Positions 37,694-48,220 are shown, numbered from the stretch's first letter. The stretch: DNA of 61,590 nucleotides from Candidatus Micrarchaeota archaeon (GCA_030648615.1 JAUSHJ010000042.1:1-61590), one strand, 5' to 3'. Translations and numbers: made by a program. The notes: generated by a model not told the origin, from the sequence alone.

Positions 37694-40651
37694 ATGGCAC
37701 AAAGACTTGAAGTAAATATTAAGAGCAACATTAAGGATGTTGTAGGCGACGGAGTACTGGCCAGAGTTAAAAATGAATTGAATATTACACTTTCTTCAGT
37801 TAATTTCGTAGAAGCGTATAACATAGATGCCGATCGAGAAGTTCGAGGAACTTCGAAAGATGTGACCGAAGGTCACACTGAGTTATCAGAAGAAGAACTT
37901 GATAAACTTGGCAGAGAAGTTTTTGCAGATATTATAATTCAGGATTGTAACTACAAACAAACTACTTTTTCAGATAAATGGAGAATTGAAATCGGTTACT
38001 TGCCAGGTGTAACTGACAACGTAGGAAATACCGCAAGAGAAGCGATTTACGATGCTCTGGGAAAAAATGTAGATGTTTACTACTCACGAGTTTTTGCAAT
38101 TGAAGGAAAGGAAATTGAAGAACATGACTGCCAAAAAATCGCTGCGTTGCTCCATAATCAGCTTATTGAAAAGGCAATGATCAATAAACCAAATGATTTG
38201 ATAGTCCCATATATTCCAAAAGTAATCCTCAAGCATGAACCACACATAGAAAAAATAATGTTGCCAGTATCAGAAGCAAAACTCAGACTACTTGCAAAAG
38301 AACGGCTACTCGCTTTAAGCATAGATGAATTTAAAACAATAAAAATATATTTAAAAGAGCCACAAGTAATTGAGGAAAGAAAAAGAGTAGGTCTAGACCA
38401 TAGACTTACTGATGTAGAATTAGAAGCGATAGCACAGACATGGAGTGAACATTGCAAACATAAAATATTCAACGCTGAAATAAATTATATTGAAAATGGA
38501 GAACCTCATGCAATAAACTCTATATTTTCAACATTCATAAGAGGAGCAACAGAAACAGTAAAAAAACCGTATATAGTGAGCGTATTCAAGGATAATGGAG
38601 GAATAATAAAATTCAACCATGATTATGATATCTCTGTAAAAGTAGAAACACATAATGCACCAAGTGCTCTGGATCCTTACGGAGGAGCATTAACTGGAAT
38701 ACTAGGTGTACAGAGAGACATTCTTGGGACCGGTATTGGATCTTTACCAATAGCTAACCTAGATGTATTGTGTTTTGGATATCCTAACGAAACCCATGTG
38801 CCAAAAGGAATAATACACCCAAAAAGAATCTACCAAGGAGTAACAAAAGGAATTGAACATGGTGGAAATAAAATGGGTATTCCTACGGTTAATGGATCAA
38901 TAACGTTTGAACACGGATTTACTGCACGACCATTGGTTTATTGTGGGACAATCGGAATCATGCCATCTAAAATAGGCGATAAAAAAACCTGTGAAAAACA
39001 CATAAAACCTGGATACCTCGCAGTAATGGTCGGTGGAAGAATAGGCAAAGACGGCATTCATGGTGCAACTTTTTCTTCTCAGCAAATAGATGAAACCGTC
39101 CCACAAAGTGTTGTTCAGATAGGAGATCCGATAACTCAAAAGAAAGTTCTTGATTTTGTAATAGAAGCACGAGATTTACAATTGTATGAAGCTATAACAG
39201 ACAATGGTGCAGGCGGCATATCTTCAAGCATTGGAGAACTTGCACAACTTAGCAATGGTTGTGAAATATATCTGGAAAAATGCCCATTAAAATATGTGGG
39301 ATTAAATCCTTGGGAAATATTAGTTAGTGAATCGCAAGAGAGAATGACGCTCGCAGTGCCTATGGAAAAATTAGCAGAATTACAAAAAATAGCCAGGAAA
39401 CATGCTACCGAAGTAACAGTAGTTGGTAAATTTACTAACAGTGGAAAATTCCACGTAATGTTTAGAGATATTACAGCTGCTTATCTTGATCTTAGATTCC
39501 TTCACGAAGGTTTACCACAATTAAAACTCAGTGCAGAATGGAAAAGAAAGGTATTTCCTGAACCTTCAATAATTGAAACTGATCTTGGGATAATATTAGA
39601 AAGATTATTGGCATCTCCAAACATCGCATCGAAAGAAGAAGTTATTCGTAGATATGATCATGAAGTGAAAGGCATGAGCGTCATAAAACCATTGATGCGA
39701 GGACCTAATGACGCTGGCGTAATAAAACCGGTATACTCAAGTGACGAAGGACTCGTAATAGCGCATGGGATTTGTCCCAAATATATCCAAGACAGCTATG
39801 ACATGAGTTGCATGGCATTTGATGAAGCTGTACGGAATGCGATTGCAGTAGGAGCAAAATTCGGTTACATGGCTTGTTTGGATAATTTCTCCTGGCCAGA
39901 CCCAGTTAAATCTGATAAAAATCCAGATGGAGAATATAAATTAGCTCAGCTTATTAGATCATGTATTGCAATTTATGAAATGGCAACAGATTATGGTGTT
40001 CCGATAATTTCTGGAAAAGACAGCATGAAAAATGATTACTTTTACGGAGATGTGAAATACTCCATACCTCCAACACTTCTAATCACTGTTGTCGGAAAGA
40101 TAGATGATGTAAAAAAAGCAGTGAGTGCTGATTTAAAACAAGCTGGAGATTACATTTACGTTCTTGGAAAAACCAGGGATGAATTGGGCGGTAGCGAGTA
40201 TTACAAATTATTCAATGGACTAGGAGATAAAAATCCCAAAGTACACAGAGAAGAATGCATACCACTCTATCGTGCTCTTGGAAAGACAATGGAAGATGGA
40301 TTGGTTTCCAGTTGCCACGATGTAAGTGATGGTGGTTTAGCAATTGCACTTGCAGAATGCACATTTGGCACCGGACTTGGTGCAGATTTAGACATTTCAC
40401 TTATACCCAGAGAAAACGAGAAAGAAGATGTACTTTTATTCTCCGAAAGCGCAGGAAGATTTGTTGTTTCGGTTAATGAAAAGAATGTTTCTGCTTTTGA
40501 GAAAGCGATGCATGGAACTAATTTTGCAAAGGCTGGCAGAGTTCGAGGAGATAAAAGATACATAATAAGAAGCGGGGAGAGACTTGTAATAAACAAAGAA
40601 GTGGAAACACTTAGGAACGAGTGGCTAAGCTTAGGGAAGAGGGTTTCTTGA
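37694..40651 (+). CDS. purL: FGAM synthase II (PurL) with an N-terminal tandem PurS-like extension
   Basis: 'WSEHCKHKIF' and AIRS-like domains. The first ~160 aa form two PurS-like modules ('RLEVNIKSNIKDVVGDGVLARV...', 'RIEIGYLPGVTDNVGNTAREAIYDALG...'). 985 aa. Confidence 0.8.
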   Translation: MAQRLEVNIKSNIKDVVGDGVLARVKNELNITLSSVNFVEAYNIDADREVRGTSKDVTEGHTELSEEELDKLGREVFADIIIQDCNYKQTTFSDKWRIEIGYLPGVTDNVGNTAREAIYDALGKNVDVYYSRVFAIEGKEIEEHDCQKIAALLHNQLIEKAMINKPNDLIVPYIPKVILKHEPHIEKIMLPVSEAKLRLLAKERLLALSIDEFKTIKIYLKEPQVIEERKRVGLDHRLTDVELEAIAQTWSEHCKHKIFNAEINYIENGEPHAINSIFSTFIRGATETVKKPYIVSVFKDNGGIIKFNHDYDISVKVETHNAPSALDPYGGALTGILGVQRDILGTGIGSLPIANLDVLCFGYPNETHVPKGIIHPKRIYQGVTKGIEHGGNKMGIPTVNGSITFEHGFTARPLVYCGTIGIMPSKIGDKKTCEKHIKPGYLAVMVGGRIGKDGIHGATFSSQQIDETVPQSVVQIGDPITQKKVLDFVIEARDLQLYEAITDNGAGGISSSIGELAQLSNGCEIYLEKCPLKYVGLNPWEILVSESQERMTLAVPMEKLAELQKIARKHATEVTVVGKFTNSGKFHVMFRDITAAYLDLRFLHEGLPQLKLSAEWKRKVFPEPSIIETDLGIILERLLASPNIASKEEVIRRYDHEVKGMSVIKPLMRGPNDAGVIKPVYSSDEGLVIAHGICPKYIQDSYDMSCMAFDEAVRNAIAVGAKFGYMACLDNFSWPDPVKSDKNPDGEYKLAQLIRSCIAIYEMATDYGVPIISGKDSMKNDYFYGDVKYSIPPTLLITVVGKIDDVKKAVSADLKQAGDYIYVLGKTRDELGGSEYYKLFNGLGDKNPKVHREECIPLYRALGKTMEDGLVSSCHDVSDGGLAIALAECTFGTGLGADLDISLIPRENEKEDVLLFSESAGRFVVSVNEKNVSAFEKAMHGTNFAKAGRVRGDKRYIIRSGERLVINKEVETLRNEWLSLGKRVS

Positions 40652-40890
40652 CACTGTCTTGAGTTGAGGTCTATGAGTTTTGAGTCTTAAGATATTATTT
40701 TGCAAATACAAATTTATACCATCTTACCATGGAGGTACCTTCTTATATAAAACTCAGATGATTTTTCATCTTGTGAGTTATTCCAATTTATATCTATTGT
40801 TGACTGATTAGGATTTTCTGTAATCAATTTTTTCATACATATAAAGATTATACAAAACCTCTATAAATGTAATCAACTAATTCTTATTTC

Positions 40891-42747
40891 ATGCTAACCA
40901 AAATCAAACACCACATAGCTAAAATGCTGGCAGATGCTGCAGATATTAGTGAAGAGAAAACTTTTTCTAGCCTTGAATTACCTAAGAACGAGTTTGGAGA
41001 CCTGACTAGCAAGATTGCATTTGTGCTTGCAAGTGAGCAAAAAAAGAATCCGATGGAGATTGCTAACAGTATCGTTGTGAAACTTCCCAAAGACGAATAC
41101 GTTGCCAAGGTCGAAACTAAAGGTCCATACATAAACTTCTATTTATCTGATAAATTTTACTCTGAACAGGCAAACGAAATAGTAAAATTGAAGGATAAAT
41201 TTGGTATAGGTAAAAAAACAAATAAAAAAGTTATGATAGAATATTTCCATGCAAATACTCACAAGGGCGTGCATATAGGTCACATACGAAACATCTCAAT
41301 AGGAGAAGCATTGGCAAGAACGCTTGAATTTGCAGGTAACAAAGTGATAAGAGCTAATTTTCAAGGAGACATAGGCATGCATGTTGCCAAATGTCTCTGG
41401 GGTTTCATTAATATTTACCATGAAAAAGCTCCAGAAGAAAACCGCGGTGTTTGGTTAGGTAAAGTTTATTCTGAAGCTTCCGGAATGACAAAAGGAAACG
41501 AAGAACTAGAAACCCAGGTCAAAGATATTAACGTCAAGCTTTATACAGGAGATAAGAAACTTACAGCCCTATTGAAAAAAACAAGACAATGGTGTCTTGA
41601 TGATTTTAAAGAATTTTACAAAGAATTTGGAGTAACGTTTGATGAACTTTATTTCGAGAGTGAAACTGAAAAAATAGGGACAAAAATAGTTATGGAAGCA
41701 CTCAAGAAAGGAATAGCAAAGGAAGACCAAGGTGCGATAATAATGGACCTTAAAGATGATGGTCTCGGAGTATACGTACTAATTACTAAAGAAGGCTACC
41801 CGCTCTATTCAACCAAAGATATCGGTCTTGCAAAAATAAAGTTCGACAAATATAAACTTGACAGAAGCATTCATCTCGTTGGAAAAGAACAGGAATTCCA
41901 TTTCATGCAGCTCTTCAAGGCTTTCGAAAAATTAGGCATGGAAAAAGCTGCCAAAGTTTCCTACCACCTCATTTATGATTTAGTTATGCTTCCGGAAGGT
42001 AAAATGTCCTCACGGGAAGGAACGATGGTGCTTTACGAGGATTTGAAGACTAAACTAATGGAACTAACTCGCGTTGAAGTAAAGAAAAGACATGAAGACT
42101 GGGATGCGAAACAAGTAGAAGAAACCGCAAGAAAAATAGCTTTTGCTGCATTGAAGTTTTCCATGGTAAGGAAAGAGAATAACAGGATTATAGTATTTGA
42201 CTGGAATGAAGCATTAAATCTTGAAGGAGATTCTGGACCATACTTACAGTATGCATATGTACGTACTAACGGCATTCTTGAAGGTTATAAAACTTCAAGA
42301 GATGTGGCCAACAAGCTTGTTGTTCAGAGCAACAAGATGTCCACGCAATTGTCGAGCGCGACAATGCGCACATTGTTCGAAACATCGAACAATTGTGTTG
42401 TTGCATTGCAACAATCGGAAGGCCACACCGATATAGAGAAAGCTGGGAAAAAAGAAATAAACGTTAAAGGATATAGTTACACTAATGAAGAGAAAAAACT
42501 CGTTAAACTGCTTTCTGAATTCCCGGAGGTTATTGAGAGGACTGCCAGCCACCTCAGTACAAACACTTTGGCGCAGTATTTGTTAGAAGTAGCATCATTT
42601 TTCAATAAGTTTTATGCATCTTCCCCAGTGCTAAATGCTGAAAAAGAAGATGAAAGAAATGCTAGACTAGAAATAGTAAAGGCAACCAATACCGTATTGA
42701 AGAGTGGACTGAGTTTACTCGGAATAGAATGTCCAGAAAAAATGTAA
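40891..42747 (+). CDS. argS: arginyl-tRNA synthetase, carrying an in-frame hairpin-element insertion
   Basis: HIGH-like 'HANTHKGVHIGHIRN', 'GKMSSREG' (KMSKS), DALR-type C-terminus. 618 aa. Confidence 0.88.
   Translation: MLTKIKHHIAKMLADAADISEEKTFSSLELPKNEFGDLTSKIAFVLASEQKKNPMEIANSIVVKLPKDEYVAKVETKGPYINFYLSDKFYSEQANEIVKLKDKFGIGKKTNKKVMIEYFHANTHKGVHIGHIRNISIGEALARTLEFAGNKVIRANFQGDIGMHVAKCLWGFINIYHEKAPEENRGVWLGKVYSEASGMTKGNEELETQVKDINVKLYTGDKKLTALLKKTRQWCLDDFKEFYKEFGVTFDELYFESETEKIGTKIVMEALKKGIAKEDQGAIIMDLKDDGLGVYVLITKEGYPLYSTKDIGLAKIKFDKYKLDRSIHLVGKEQEFHFMQLFKAFEKLGMEKAAKVSYHLIYDLVMLPEGKMSSREGTMVLYEDLKTKLMELTRVEVKKRHEDWDAKQVEETARKIAFAALKFSMVRKENNRIIVFDWNEALNLEGDSGPYLQYAYVRTNGILEGYKTSRDVANKLVVQSNKMSTQLSSATMRTLFETSNNCVVALQQSEGHTDIEKAGKKEINVKGYSYTNEEKKLVKLLSEFPEVIERTASHLSTNTLAQYLLEVASFFNKFYASSPVLNAEKEDERNARLEIVKATNTVLKSGLSLLGIECPEKM
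42309..42416. repeat. hairpin element (family B) lying in-frame inside argS
   Basis: cttgttgttcagagcaacaag, cgcaattgtcg-agcg-cgacaatgcg, cacattgttcga-aaca-tcgaacaattgtg, and ttgttgcattgcaacaa. Possible TIR-like flanks gatgtggcc / ggccacacc. Confidence 0.5.
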
Positions 42748-42761
42748 GTTAGTGAAATGCT

Positions 42762-43844
42762 ATGGCAAACTTAGCAATAAGACATAAAAAAACAAGGATA
42801 AAACTACCAGACTCCAGAATGCCAAAGCATACTGATCCGCTCCAGGAAGCATTGACAAACTCAAATCATGTTTCTAGAAATACCATTGAAAATAGAAAAT
42901 TCCATAGAGCACTTGCCAAAATAGATGAAACCGTAAGACAGATAGAAAACAGAGAAGCGTGGATAGAAATAATTGAAACCGCAAAAAAATCTGATAAACC
43001 TGGCTCTTACCTAATTATGATTTTGAATGTCAGCGGATGCAATTATAAAAGAGCTGAAGAGTTTCTAAAAGTTCTAGAGCAGATAGCAAAAAGAATAAAA
43101 CTTAATAGCGCATTACCTTTTGATAAAAATTCAGATAGAAAAGAAAAGGAAGATACCACAACTGTAAGAGATACAATAAATGAATTATTGAATATGAGAA
43201 CACCTCAAGATGCAGATAATATCTTACAAAACCTAAGTCTACGAGCAAAGAATATGCTACAAGATAATGGCCTAACTGTGATTAGAAAAAGAACGAACAG
43301 AAGAATAATTACAGCGTGCGTTAATCTTGAAATGCAAATACCACTTGAAACTGGAGGAAACGTTTATATCACATATAATATGCCTGAGACATTATCAGAA
43401 CTTGCAGGCTGGGTGAGTAAAAATAGAAGAGACGTGTATGTGGTAGACAGAGCTCTTGGAGAAGGAAATGGTGAATCAAAACTTTCCATGCGTTCTAGGG
43501 TAAGCTCAACCCTACAACATGAGTTACAGCACTTATTCAATGCATTTTTTGGATTTTCCCGTGTTAATGATGAATATTGTGCTTATTTAGCCGGATTTTC
43601 ATTTGGAAGAATAAGAAGTAAACACATGACTATGCTAAAAAAACCGGAAAAACGTAGCAATGACGCTGCAAAACAAGCAATGTCAAGAATAAGTGAGGAA
43701 CTTAGACAAATTAACGTTGATATAAAATTAAGGAATAGAGGGCATATCGCAGAAGTTTGCAAAGAATTATTAGAAAAATTTTATCTGGAAAAAACAGGAT
43801 TGTGCTACGGTGAACTTATTGCTCCTTTTGTTGCTCAATTATAA
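42762..43844 (+). CDS. hypothetical protein with an HExxH motif (possible zincin)
   Basis: 'HELQHLFNAFFGFSRVNDEY' (HExxH then E). No family recognised. Confidence 0.4.
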   Translation: MANLAIRHKKTRIKLPDSRMPKHTDPLQEALTNSNHVSRNTIENRKFHRALAKIDETVRQIENREAWIEIIETAKKSDKPGSYLIMILNVSGCNYKRAEEFLKVLEQIAKRIKLNSALPFDKNSDRKEKEDTTTVRDTINELLNMRTPQDADNILQNLSLRAKNMLQDNGLTVIRKRTNRRIITACVNLEMQIPLETGGNVYITYNMPETLSELAGWVSKNRRDVYVVDRALGEGNGESKLSMRSRVSSTLQHELQHLFNAFFGFSRVNDEYCAYLAGFSFGRIRSKHMTMLKKPEKRSNDAAKQAMSRISEELRQINVDIKLRNRGHIAEVCKELLEKFYLEKTGLCYGELIAPFVAQL

Positions 43845-44556
43845 ATTTCACAACCTGATCAAAATCTTTTTTATATCCAAATTTAGCAAAGTAATGAAGT
43901 ATGTTTCTAACATCTCTTTCTAAAAATTCCTTTGCTCGCGGATGACGAATAACGACAGCCTGTCCGAAATCTATGAGGTATGGAGCATCCTTAGCAAGAA
44001 GTATATTGTACTCACTTAAATCAGTATGAACAAGACCTGCAGAATACATTTTTTTCATGTCAGAAATTATGGAATCCAGTTCTGCTTCACTAGTTGGACC
44101 AAGAATATTCATTGTAGGATATGGTAACTCCCCTTCTCCGATAAAAGTCATTACCATTACATTCTTATCAACAAAAATAGGTTTTGGTGAATGAACATTT
44201 GCTTGTTCGCATATTTGCAGATTCTTGAATTCCTTTCTGGCAAATGCTATGGCAATGTCAAATTCATTATTTTTTATCTTCTTAAATCTTGGATCTCCTT
44301 CAAGATATTCTGAACGCCTAAAAAAGAACGAGGTTTCAATTTTGTATATCTTTACTGCAAGATAACCGCCTTCTGGAGTAGTTGCACGAAATACGTTTGC
44401 TTCTTTACCAGTGGAAATAGGAAAATCTACAGATTGAAGTATACCTTTTTTTATAAGTTTGGAAAGGATTTGTAAAGTAGCCCTATCAAATACTTCGCTC
44501 TCTACCTTACGTTCTGCTTTTAGAACTCGGCTATCTTTGGAACGTTTTTTTGTCAT
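43816..44556 (-). CDS. rio1: RIO1-type atypical protein kinase
   Basis: 'STGKEANVF', 'LVHTDLSEYN', 'IDFGQAV'. Confidence 0.78.
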   Translation of the reverse strand: MTKKRSKDSRVLKAERKVESEVFDRATLQILSKLIKKGILQSVDFPISTGKEANVFRATTPEGGYLAVKIYKIETSFFFRRSEYLEGDPRFKKIKNNEFDIAIAFARKEFKNLQICEQANVHSPKPIFVDKNVMVMTFIGEGELPYPTMNILGPTSEAELDSIISDMKKMYSAGLVHTDLSEYNILLAKDAPYLIDFGQAVVIRHPRAKEFLERDVRNILHYFAKFGYKKDFDQVVKFIIEQQKEQ

Positions 44557-44582
44557 GTTATCTAACTAGAGAATATGATTGA

Positions 44583-44903
44583 TTATATATAACCTTTCTC
44601 TTTCAGAATTCGTGCCTGCAGTGGATTATATCTCCAAACGATATCTCCTTTTATGTCCCCCTGTATTTCCCAAGGTTTCATGATTACGACATCGCCTTCC
44701 TTAACCCAAATAGTATTTTTCATTCTACCAGGTATCCTGCACATGCGTTCCTTACCATCTTTGCAGGCTACTTTCATCCTTGAAGCTCCCATCATACCTG
44801 AAACTACCCCTAGCATTTCCCTATCTTCTTGTCTAGGTAATCGCATCCTTCTTTGTTGTTCTTCTGGAGTTAGTTCTGGTCTTTTTCTGTTATCCATAAT
44901 CAA
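44583..44903 (-). CDS. eif1a: translation initiation factor aIF-1A
   Basis: '[42 protein letters not shown]'. Confidence 0.85.
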   Translation of the reverse strand: MIMDNRKRPELTPEEQQRRMRLPRQEDREMLGVVSGMMGASRMKVACKDGKERMCRIPGRMKNTIWVKEGDVVIMKPWEIQGDIKGDIVWRYNPLQARILKEKGYI

Positions 44904-45343
44904 CCTCTAATAGAATTCCTTGCACCGCATGCTTCACAGATTAACTGCTTAATGCCATGTCCAAGCTCTTGAATATGAGTATCTGGCTTTTTGCATTCTT
45001 TACAAACAACATACCTAGTTACAAAGTCTTCGAGTTTTTTATTAACAATATCTGCGTTTATTTTTCTTTGTAAGATTAATCGTTCACCCTGAAGATCAGT
45101 AGGAACTGCCAACTCCTTGGAAAGATATTTCATCAGCAAAGTTTTGTCTCTTCTGATCTTATCGCAGACTACCTGGAAGTTTTTTAGGAAAGTTTTATTT
45201 CCTTCTGCGAATAACTCGAATTTAGGTATTTCGAATCTTTCACCAGTACCGTGTGCCTGTTTTGGAAGGTTAGCATAGATATTGTCAAGTGACTGCTCGT
45301 AAGTTTCATCAGTAGTGTTAGTCATATTAGTCATATTAGACAC
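44900..45343 (-). CDS. eif2b: translation initiation factor aIF-2 beta subunit
   Basis: C-terminal zinc ribbon '[12 protein letters not shown]...CEACG'. Confidence 0.82.
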   Translation of the reverse strand: MSNMTNMTNTTDETYEQSLDNIYANLPKQAHGTGERFEIPKFELFAEGNKTFLKNFQVVCDKIRRDKTLLMKYLSKELAVPTDLQGERLILQRKINADIVNKKLEDFVTRYVVCKECKKPDTHIQELGHGIKQLICEACGARNSIRG

Positions 45344-45434
45344 TTTATAGAGAGAAGTTTATAAAGAGTGAATATTTAGGGTTAGACCTAAGGAAAGCAG
45401 GGTCTACTTAATTGCAGGAGTATATAACTATATT

Positions 45435-46214
45435 ATGAAGATTAAACTTTTATTCGCTGGATTGTTTGTGGGAATTTTATTGTTAGTTTCTGGATGTTTG
45501 CAGGAACTGCAGAGACCACCTAGCATGGAACCTCAGGGATTTGGATTACCACTGCCAAATAATGCCAGCGAAGTGCCTCAGAAAATCAAGGATATTTATC
45601 TTGAAACACTGAAAGATCACCCTAAAGCCGAACTTTCTGCCTGCATTGGCAAAGGTGAAACTTACGGTTTAGCATTGATATATTCGATTTCAGAGAGTTA
45701 TGGGTTCTCTGCCTGGTACGCATACTATACGATTAATGGTAATTTGATAACAAATGGATCATTTTCTGATGTTCAGACGTACACAGTAGATGGAAAACCA
45801 AGCTTTAGCTCAACAAAGATTCCTGAGACAGGGGAATGTAAAAATATAGATATGACAAATACTTCTGAAGTTCGAACAAATACTAACGATTTGCCTAAAA
45901 ATGTTTCAGATAAATTTGACAGTCTCAAAAATGAATATGGAACACGAGAAACCTTTCGTGGCATTATATTGAATAGTTGCAATAGGAACAACGAAACACT
46001 TTATGTAGTAGCTGCAAGCGATAAATTCTCTGGGGATTTTGTTTACTATGATAAAGATGGAAAACTAGTTTCTAGTGAGTATTATAGCGATATGGGATAT
46101 GGTAATGACAGTAGACCAAATAGGATATATTTAACGAATCATACTTGTACGACTATAAAGGAAGAATTAGGAACGTTTGGAAATCCGTTTACAGAACCAC
46201 CAGTAGCTAATTAG
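45435..46214 (+). CDS. lipoprotein, hypothetical (tandem paralogue 1)
   Basis: Signal peptide plus lipobox 'LLVSGC'. Shares 'ELSACIGKGET' and 'TNHTCTTIKEE' with the next gene. Confidence 0.5.
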   Translation: MKIKLLFAGLFVGILLLVSGCLQELQRPPSMEPQGFGLPLPNNASEVPQKIKDIYLETLKDHPKAELSACIGKGETYGLALIYSISESYGFSAWYAYYTINGNLITNGSFSDVQTYTVDGKPSFSSTKIPETGECKNIDMTNTSEVRTNTNDLPKNVSDKFDSLKNEYGTRETFRGIILNSCNRNNETLYVVAASDKFSGDFVYYDKDGKLVSSEYYSDMGYGNDSRPNRIYLTNHTCTTIKEELGTFGNPFTEPPVAN

Positions 46215-46272
46215 ATTAAGTTCCTTCTTCCCAGCTAGGTTTTACTATTCTAATTCTAATAAGGAAAACAAT

Positions 46273-46677
46273 ATGAACTTAATCATTGGAAGAGATAGTG
46301 ATACTATGAAAAACATTATTGTTATCTTGCTAATCGGATTTTCCCTGCTTATTGCAGGATGTGCACAAAAACAAGAAGTACCGAAAACGGTTTTAGATAA
46401 GTACGAAAATTTAGTAAATAGGTATAGCACTAAGTATTATCTAGGAACAGAACTTTCAGCGTGTACAAACGGCAATGAAACAAACAAGCAGATTTACTAT
46501 ATTCGAGCAGGCGAAAAATCCAATGGGGAAACACATTACTATGGTGAAGATGGATCATATGTAGGAAACTACACTTGGATAGATGAGATAACCCCGAATG
46601 ATCCGAAACCGCCGATTGACATAACAAACTATGATTGCAAATTAATCAAAAAATTAGATGCAATGATCGAGGGTTAG
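46273..46677 (+). CDS. lipoprotein, hypothetical (tandem paralogue 2)
   Basis: Lipobox 'LLIAGC'. 'ELSACTNGNET'. 'TNYDCKLIKK'. Confidence 0.5.
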   Translation: MNLIIGRDSDTMKNIIVILLIGFSLLIAGCAQKQEVPKTVLDKYENLVNRYSTKYYLGTELSACTNGNETNKQIYYIRAGEKSNGETHYYGEDGSYVGNYTWIDEITPNDPKPPIDITNYDCKLIKKLDAMIEG

Positions 46678-46683
46678 CTAAGT

Positions 46684-46775
46684 ATGTTTGTCTGCAAAAT
46701 CCTTGACGCAATTGTCATGCTTGACAATGCACCCATTGTTCGTTGCAACGAACAATTGGGAGTTGCCGCAACTTC
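46684..46775. repeat. hairpin element (family B) apparently inserted into the 3' flank of the lipoprotein paralogue, flanked by AAGT direct repeats
   Basis: gcaattgtca-tgct-tgacaatgc, cccattgttcgttg|caacgaacaattggg, and agttgc-cgcaact. AAGT at 46680-83 and 46776-79. The downstream 'cccttcttcccagct' matches the 3' flank of paralogue 1 at 46222-46236. Confidence 0.55.
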
Positions 46776-48024
46776 AAGTCCCTTCTTCCCAGCTTGCAAG
46801 ATACTTCTTCTGTGCTTCAGTTAATGTATCAATCTTTACAGACATTGAATTAAGTTGCAACAACGCAATATCATTATCTATTGATTCTGGTAAAGTAATT
46901 ACACTTGATTTTAATTTTCCTTTATTCTTCACCAGATATTCACAGGCCAAAGCTTGACCACAAAAAGAAGTTGACATTACTTCTGAAGGATGACCTTCTG
47001 CTGCACCAAGGTTAACTAGACGACCTTCGGCACACAAGTAAATACTCTTGTTACCTACCTTGTATTCTTCCAAAGAAGGACGCATCCTTCTCTTTTTATA
47101 AGCTTTATTTAGTGCTGCAACATCAATTTCATTATCAAAATGACCGGAATTAGCCAAAATTGCACTATCTTTCATTTCTTTTACATGATCTAGAGTAATA
47201 ACGTCTCTATCTCCAGTAACAGTAATGAAAATATCTCCAACTTTAGCAGCATCGTTCATCTGCATAACTCTGAATCCATCTAACACTGCTTGTAGTGCTC
47301 TGAAAGGATTTACTTCTGTAACGATTACGTTTGCACCCATGGCACTCGCACGCAGTGCAACCCCTTTGCCACAGTCACCATAACCAGCAACCACTACAGT
47401 CTTACCAGAAAACAGAACATTAGATGCTCTAATTATACCATCAAGAGTAGATTGACCAGTACCGTAATAATTATCTAGAAGATGTTTGGTGTTATTGTCG
47501 TTCACTGCAATTATCGGATATTTTAATGCGTTGTCCTTCACCATTGCATGTAAACGAATAATCCCAGTTGTAGTTTCTTCACAACCGCCAATTAGCTTTG
47601 GCAATAATTCCTTATGCTTCGTATGGATTAATGAGATGAGATCGCAGCCATCATCTATAGTAAGATCAGGCTTATGAGAAAGGACGAGTTCTAGAAATTT
47701 ATAGTAATCTTCTTTATTTTCTCCCTTATGACCGTAAACATTCACTCCTTCTTTCGCTAACGCAGCAGCAACATCATCTTGAGTAGAGAGTGGATTACAA
47801 CCAGAAATAGCAACTTTTGCGCCTCCTGCAATCAGTGTTCTAACTAGCACTGCAGTTTCTTTAGTGACGTGCAATGCCATACCAATCGTCAAACCTTTGA
47901 ATGGTTGTTCCTTCTTGAAACGTTCCTTTATCGAGAGTAATGCGGGCATCCTCTTCTCTGCCAATTCAATGTTAAGCATTCCTTGTTCTGCCAGTAAAAT
48001 ATCTTTTATCTGATAAGATGTCAT
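46774..48024 (-). CDS. ahcY: adenosylhomocysteinase
   Basis: NAD-binding 'VVVAGYGDCGKGVA', 'HFDNEID'. 416 aa. Confidence 0.9.
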   Translation of the reverse strand: MTSYQIKDILLAEQGMLNIELAEKRMPALLSIKERFKKEQPFKGLTIGMALHVTKETAVLVRTLIAGGAKVAISGCNPLSTQDDVAAALAKEGVNVYGHKGENKEDYYKFLELVLSHKPDLTIDDGCDLISLIHTKHKELLPKLIGGCEETTTGIIRLHAMVKDNALKYPIIAVNDNNTKHLLDNYYGTGQSTLDGIIRASNVLFSGKTVVVAGYGDCGKGVALRASAMGANVIVTEVNPFRALQAVLDGFRVMQMNDAAKVGDIFITVTGDRDVITLDHVKEMKDSAILANSGHFDNEIDVAALNKAYKKRRMRPSLEEYKVGNKSIYLCAEGRLVNLGAAEGHPSEVMSTSFCGQALACEYLVKNKGKLKSSVITLPESIDNDIALLQLNSMSVKIDTLTEAQKKYLASWEEGT

Positions 48025-48220
48025 AGTATTACCTCTTCGATTTGTTTCAAATAACTTTTATTTTTACCACATTATTTTTAAGTTCAAAAATATTTTAATT
48101 TAATAATAAAATTCGTACCAATATCTTAAAAACCTGTTTATACGGACAAAAATAGTAACTTGTGTCTAATTATTCATGATAATGCCAAATTAAAAGACTT
48201 TCGTTATAATATATAGAAAT

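Noticed and set aside
46688-46957. 89-aa plus-strand ORF after the lipoprotein gene.
   Set aside because: It spans the hairpin element and then runs antisense to the 3' end of ahcY. It is a frame artefact.
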